Assembly (NCBI GenBank): GCA_012295275.1
Contig: CM022671.1
Coordinates: 11,036,001-11,100,000, forward strand
Direction: 5' to 3'
From: Chrysomallon squamiferum
Taxonomy: Eukaryota; Animalia; Mollusca
DNA: 64,000 bases
The notes beneath the pieces are model-generated. The model did no database searches, was not told the DNA's origin, and saw nothing but the letters and a program-made list of their open reading frames with translations. This document shows, piece after piece, positions 57,845-64,000 of the stretch; the stretch's first letter is position 1, and each line of letters opens with the position of its first letter. Both the position numbers and the translations under genes were made by a program.

Positions 57845-58356
57845 TAATTAATTAATTAATTAATAAACTGCGACTCTTTTCTAAGTTTAAATGAAAAACT
57901 GGATATTTATGGAATACAGCTGAAATACAGTCAAGTTAATTTTATCCGCATACACTTGTGTATGTTCTTACGTACGTATTTACGTATGAATGTATGTATC
58001 TCTGTATCAATGAGTTAATGTCTGTATGTGAGTGTGTGTGTGTGTACATGAAGCTGGTTCTCTCCCAGACACTCAGTTAGGCCTGACGTCGATGACGTCT
58101 CCGACTAAAACTAGATTATGTCTAAAAGACGCTGAATGTGTTTTATCAATCACCGTAATAAGATGCATTATCTCTCGCACAGCGGTGAACACGGAAGCTG
58201 CATCAAGACCAGGAAACTCTGTGACATGAGTGAAATGAAACAAACTGTTACTCAATATCCGACCCCAGCCAGCAGCACAAACACACCGCTCTGCTTCTTA
58301 AATATATCACTGACCACAGACAGCAAAATGATACTGACTAAAATAGTGTATTTTAA

Positions 58357-58467
<111 letters not shown>

Positions 58468-59740
58468 ATATGTGTACAGATATATAGACATATATGACTA
58501 AACATATGATATAAATACAGACAGATAGATAGATAGATAGATAGACAGATAGAGAGATAGATAGATAGATAGATAGACAGACATATATACAGACAGACAG
58601 ATAGATAGATAGATAGATAGATATAGATATAGATATAAATATCAATCCCTCTCTCGCTTTAATTAAAAAAATACTCAGTAATATTTCACTGAACTAAACA
58701 ATTATTTGGATAATTTCAAGTCTTAAAGAAAACACAGAGATAACTATTAGATTTCCGATAGTCAGAATTAAATCTGGGGCCTATAAAATTTATTGAAGTG
58801 TTGAAATCCTAGGTGCATGACGTAGTCTGCTGATAAATAGGTGTCCCCAGGCGCTGTAGGTCAAAAGGTCACTTTCCTTTCATCTGTAACAAGTAATTAC
58901 AGTGTTCTGCTGATTAAGCAAGGTATGTATTTGAGAAAGAAAAAAAATGATATCATTTCCTTTTAAAAATATAGTTTCAGTAATTACTTGGGGGCTTATA
59001 TATGAGTAGGTTTGTATATGCATGTATATTTTTATGTGCTTGTGTGTGCGTGTGCGTGTGTGTTTGTGTGTATATATATATGTGTGTGTATATACACACA
59101 TACACATACACGTACTGGTACTTAATAATACAGTAGCGTGTATGACTGAAAACTATTGAATTTAATTCATAAACGGAACTGTTTATTAAATTAATTATTT
59201 ACACTAACAGAATAACTAGTACTATTATTACCTGTATAATTACTATCACATACTGACGGACACGTATAAAACGGACTAACATACCAAGAATACAAACAAC
59301 AAGTAACGAAGTTGTAACTAAGCTATCGTCTGTCTATTTAGACGTACAAGCACACTGACAGACTGACAGCAGAACAAGCAGCCTCTGATAATTTCGTACA
59401 AATAATGACTTTCTCCCACGAGCCAGTCTTAATGATCAGAGTGAGTTCGTATGGGATAATCGAGTTCGCTTTTCCAAGATGGAGACGTAGCTCTGACATT
59501 TACTGGCCTCTTAGTCATTATAACATCCACAGGCGCTGACAAACGATGCGATTTCAACCACGAACAGCTCAGAAGAAAGCTCTCTTCTCACAGCACGATT
59601 TGAAGTAACGATCTGATAATATCTGCGATTGCGATGCGAGGTATTCGCAATGTCTGTATGTATGTTTGCATGTATGTATGTATGAATGTATGTATGTATG
59701 TATGTATGTATGTATGTATGTATGTATGTATGTATGTATG

Positions 59741-59771
<31 letters not shown>

Positions 59772-59802
59772 GTAAGTATGTATGTATGTATATAAATGTG
59801 AA

Positions 59803-59834
<32 letters not shown>

Positions 59835-60361
59835 ATTTTATTTTCTTCAGTAACAAATAGTGGCAAAATTATGATAACTACATCTTTATTTTTTGTTTTT
59901 TGACGAATGAACTTGACGCAGTACAAATGTTTTCACTGTCAGGAAAGCTGGTCGTCGTGAATCGTTACAGAAGACAGAAACGCTGCTGGAATCTCTGACG
60001 TCTGAGTGGTAGCTGAATGGCAGTTTAACTCGTAACACAACAGACAACTGAGAACATGGAAGTATGAGGAAAATGGGAGTCATTAAGCAGGGCACACTTA
60101 ATTAAGCTCTGAACCCTCACATCGTAGTTAGCTTGTGTTGTTGACTCTAGTCTGAAGTAGCGTGTAGCTAGGTGTGTACGTTTCTACAGCAGTTCCTGAA
60201 GAACAGCTTTTAATGCATCGAAATTGGTTTTACTGACTTCACGGAATATTATAATGTACACGTAAAAGATTGTTCAATTTTGTATTATTCCTGTCGTCAT
60301 TATTTATCATCTTCTTTCTTCTCGTTTTCTTCTTCTTCTTCTTCTTCTTATTATTATTATT

Positions 60362-60397
<36 letters not shown>

Positions 60398-60828
60398 CAT
60401 GTGGTTGTTCTTGTTGCTAATGAAATAATTATATGACAATTTCATTTATTTATTTTTATTTTTTTTATTTTTATTTTTTTATTGTTTTTCTTTTTTATTT
60501 GTTTAATTTATATGACTATCCGTTGTTTACCTTTAATAAGAAATTTACATATTGGTTAACCTTGACCTTTTTCTCCACCTCTCCCCTGCTGAGTGTCTGT
60601 ACGTCTTACTGAGGTAACACACACTCGCACTGAACTGTTATTCGCTTCAAGTTCTGCTTTGAAGAGTTTGAAAAGTCGATTAAATTGTGTCTATTCAGTG
60701 AGATAACAATAACACATTGTTCTGACCTGTAATAGAGCTTGCAATATTGACAATAACTGAATTAGGGCTATGTAAACTCAACTAATGTTTGATTTATTAT
60801 ATATGTCTGTACGTGGGGCATTTTATTT

Positions 60829-60939
<111 letters not shown>

Positions 60940-63041
60940 TTCTGTCTATATTTTGTTTTGTCGTATGGATGACAGAAAGTCACGCAATAAGCATTCTTTC
61001 ACAGACATGTTGTGATGTGAGTCTCACCTGTGCGTGAGATTCACGTCGTGTCACTTTGTTCTCGCAGTGTGAGTACACCAGGTTGCTGTGACCTCAGTTC
61101 AAGTGCGTGAAGTCAGTTAGGATGTTACTTGTGTTTGTCTGTCTCTCTGTATATGTGTGTGTTCGTGTGCATATGTGAATGTGGGTATTCATGCAGGTAT
61201 GTGTGTTTGTGTGTATTTGTGTGTGTGTTTGTGTTTGTATGTGTTTTGTGTGTGTGTATGTTTATGTATGAATATAATCTATGTGTATGTTTGAGTATAT
61301 GAGAGTATGTGTGTCTGTCCATATGTAAATATGTGCATATATGTATGTATGTATGTATGCATGTATGCATGTATGTATATATGTATGTGTATGTGTGTGT
61401 GTTTATATGTTTGTGAATAAGTGTATGTGTGTGTATATGTCTGTATATATATATATATATGTGTTTGAGTATGTGTGTCTGACTTGTAATAAGAAACCAT
61501 GCTTCTATGGGAATGAGTATGTATGAATATATTTGTGTGTATCAAGTAATTATATATTTGTTTTCCTACAATATATGCAGTAGTTTTGGGGTTTTTTTTG
61601 TTTTGTTATTCAGGTGGTATGTACTGATGTGTATGTAACCTTCATGTTTAACTCAGTTTAACTACTTTAACCACTTTCTTTCATTTCGTCCAGTACCAAC
61701 CCAGCATATTTTACACTGAACTGATCTTTAGTGAACAAAGAGACGAAACAATGATCACACGGATTATTCAAACTCTGATCATTATTGAGTTTCACTTGTC
61801 ATGTGACTAGTTTCAAGATGCATTCTGCTTTATGACTGAACTGTCTGATACGTCATCTACTTCGCTAAAGTGTGGGTTAGTATAAGTCTAAAAGTATGTG
61901 CACTATAAAGACTAATCGAGGGCGGATCCACGTTTCCTGCAGGGGTGTTCAGAATTCCGTCTGCTCAGCCTCTTTGACTCTGATAGTTGAAGATATTAAG
62001 AAGATGACTGACACAAGATTTACAGATATATTATAATTAAATAAAATGTTTATATTTTGTACACGTATAATTACTAATGATAAACGGCACATGATTTAAT
62101 AGTTAGGTAAAATATCTAAACAACTGTCTCAAACTAGTTGTTTTTGCTTGATGTATTCATGTACGATGTTAATGCTTATTCTTTTTAAAAACGGTATTTC
62201 ATTAAATACTTCAGCATTCTCCATAATAACGTGTAACACTCAGCTTAAAGATGAATCTGCAGACTGAATATAATGTTATAAAACAGCCCTAATGGGTTGG
62301 GGGTTTTACTTCTGGGTATTCCTTTTAAATACTTGTCTGTTTGTACTCCCCCAACAACCCTACACAGACCCGTCCTTGTAGATATTCTCTAACGGCTATA
62401 TTTAATTTCCATTCCACGTCTGGCAGTTTGGCTAACTTAATTGTTCAGTGATGTTTATGACGTTCTGTTTCGTTTACCTTTACGCCTAGCTAAGATTGAG
62501 GGGAGTGTTTTTTCAGTTTGGTTATGTTTTTACGTGCGTGAAGACCTAAAGAGTCGTGAAAAAAAGCCGCAGTAAAATGTCTGGCTATCAGTCACAAAAC
62601 TTTTATTTGTTTACGTAAGTAAGAATCGTTAATCTGCAGATCTAAAAGCGTGATGCTGGTGTGAAATATAATTTTATATAAAGAAAAGAAACTCAAGTTT
62701 TTAGTTTGACGTGCAGTGATATTCTGTAAAAAGGATATTATATCAGTATTTTCAACTCAGATGGTGTCGATATTGCTATCTCTGTTACAGGTCAGAACAA
62801 TGTGTTATTGTTATCTCACTGAATAGACACAATTTAATCGACTTTTCAAACTCTTCAAAGCAGAACTTGAAGCGAATAACAGTTCAGTGCGAGTGTGTGT
62901 TACCTCAGTCAGACGTACAGACACTCAGCAGGGGAGAGGTGGAGAAAAAGGTCAAGGTTAACCAATATGTAAATTTCTTATTAAAGATCAACAAAGAACT
63001 GTCATATATACTAGGAATGAAACAAACAAGGAAAGAAAAGC

Positions 63042-63154
<113 letters not shown>

Positions 63155-63688
63155 AACACACACTCACAAACACACGTTTTCAACATAGATTTCCTTGAGA
63201 AAAAAACAATACATCTGTGTGTACGTGTGTGTCTGCTGTTTTAGTCTTCTTTTCCTTTTTATATTTTTATATGTGTTGGGAGTGATATGATATCCTTTTG
63301 GATCTGAACGATAAAAAAGAAAAGAAAAAAGAAATAAACATTAAATCGTCCAAAAAAAAAAAAAAAAAAATCATATAAACAATTTCAAAATATTTCGTTG
63401 ATCTGAGTATCATGTTTGCTCTGTTATCTGACACGTGATCAGTGACTGAAGATAATATTTTAACATATTTCGAAAGAAGTTTCAGATTTTATATTTGTAG
63501 TTACTTTACCTAGACTTAGGCTGATATAGTCCGTGAAAAAAAAAAAAAAAATAATAATAATAATAATAATAATAAAAAAGAATAAATGAATGAATAAACA
63601 AATAAAAAACGTAAGAATGAAAAACTAAAACGAGTGTAAAATTATTAAGAAAAAGAATGAGTGAAAATTGAATGAAAGAAAATCGGAA

Positions 63689-63719
<31 letters not shown>

Positions 63720-64000
63720 ATATAAGTATAGATAAAAGAAAGATGGTGAGAATGAACAAAACGCATAAAAAAGAGAGAAAAAAACCCAGAGAATTTAATG
63801 ATGTTTCAAGCAACAGCAACTCACACACAAAACACACTCAAACATACACACTCACAAACACACACACATAGAAATACACACAAACACACATACATACAGA
63901 TACAAGACGTGAATACAGGAAAATAATTCTTCTAGACAGTTTGATCAAACTAAATAAACATGTGATACAATAAGGAGACTACAGCTAGTTATGTGTTTCC

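Noticed and set aside
58032-58255. 60-65 aa ORFs with a plausible minus-strand acceptor (EFPGLDAASVFTAVREIMHL...)
   Set aside because: No recognisable domain and no partner exons found, so they cannot be supported as coding.

Overview
AT-rich, microsatellite-dense eukaryotic genomic DNA from an invertebrate animal. A mollusc or other lophotrochozoan is my inference from composition, intron sizes and repeat types. Reading splice sites by hand gives five intron-containing genes. (1) The 3' end of USP30 (+, to 937). (2) A complete 22-exon single-pass receptor guanylyl cyclase (-, 2864-19721, ~1267 aa). (3) A cytosolic SULT1-like sulfotransferase (+, 23737-26389, 287 aa). (4) COG5 (-, 27487-40255, 22 exons, 808 aa). 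(5) DUS4L (+, 41044-45173), head-to-head with COG5. Introns carry two decayed Tc1/mariner transposons, MITEs and several minisatellites. No gene could be supported in ~45.2-64 kb. The most interesting points are these. The cyclase has a long C-terminal tail with nine tandem RxxS repeats, two RVxF (PP1-type) motifs and a terminal PxIxIT-like (calcineurin-type) motif. A 61-bp duplication of the acceptor after its transmembrane exon could yield an NPR-C-like truncated receptor. The COG5/DUS4L head-to-head pair matches the human arrangement. COG5 has a GC-AG intron, and the last DUS4L exon carries a frameshift.
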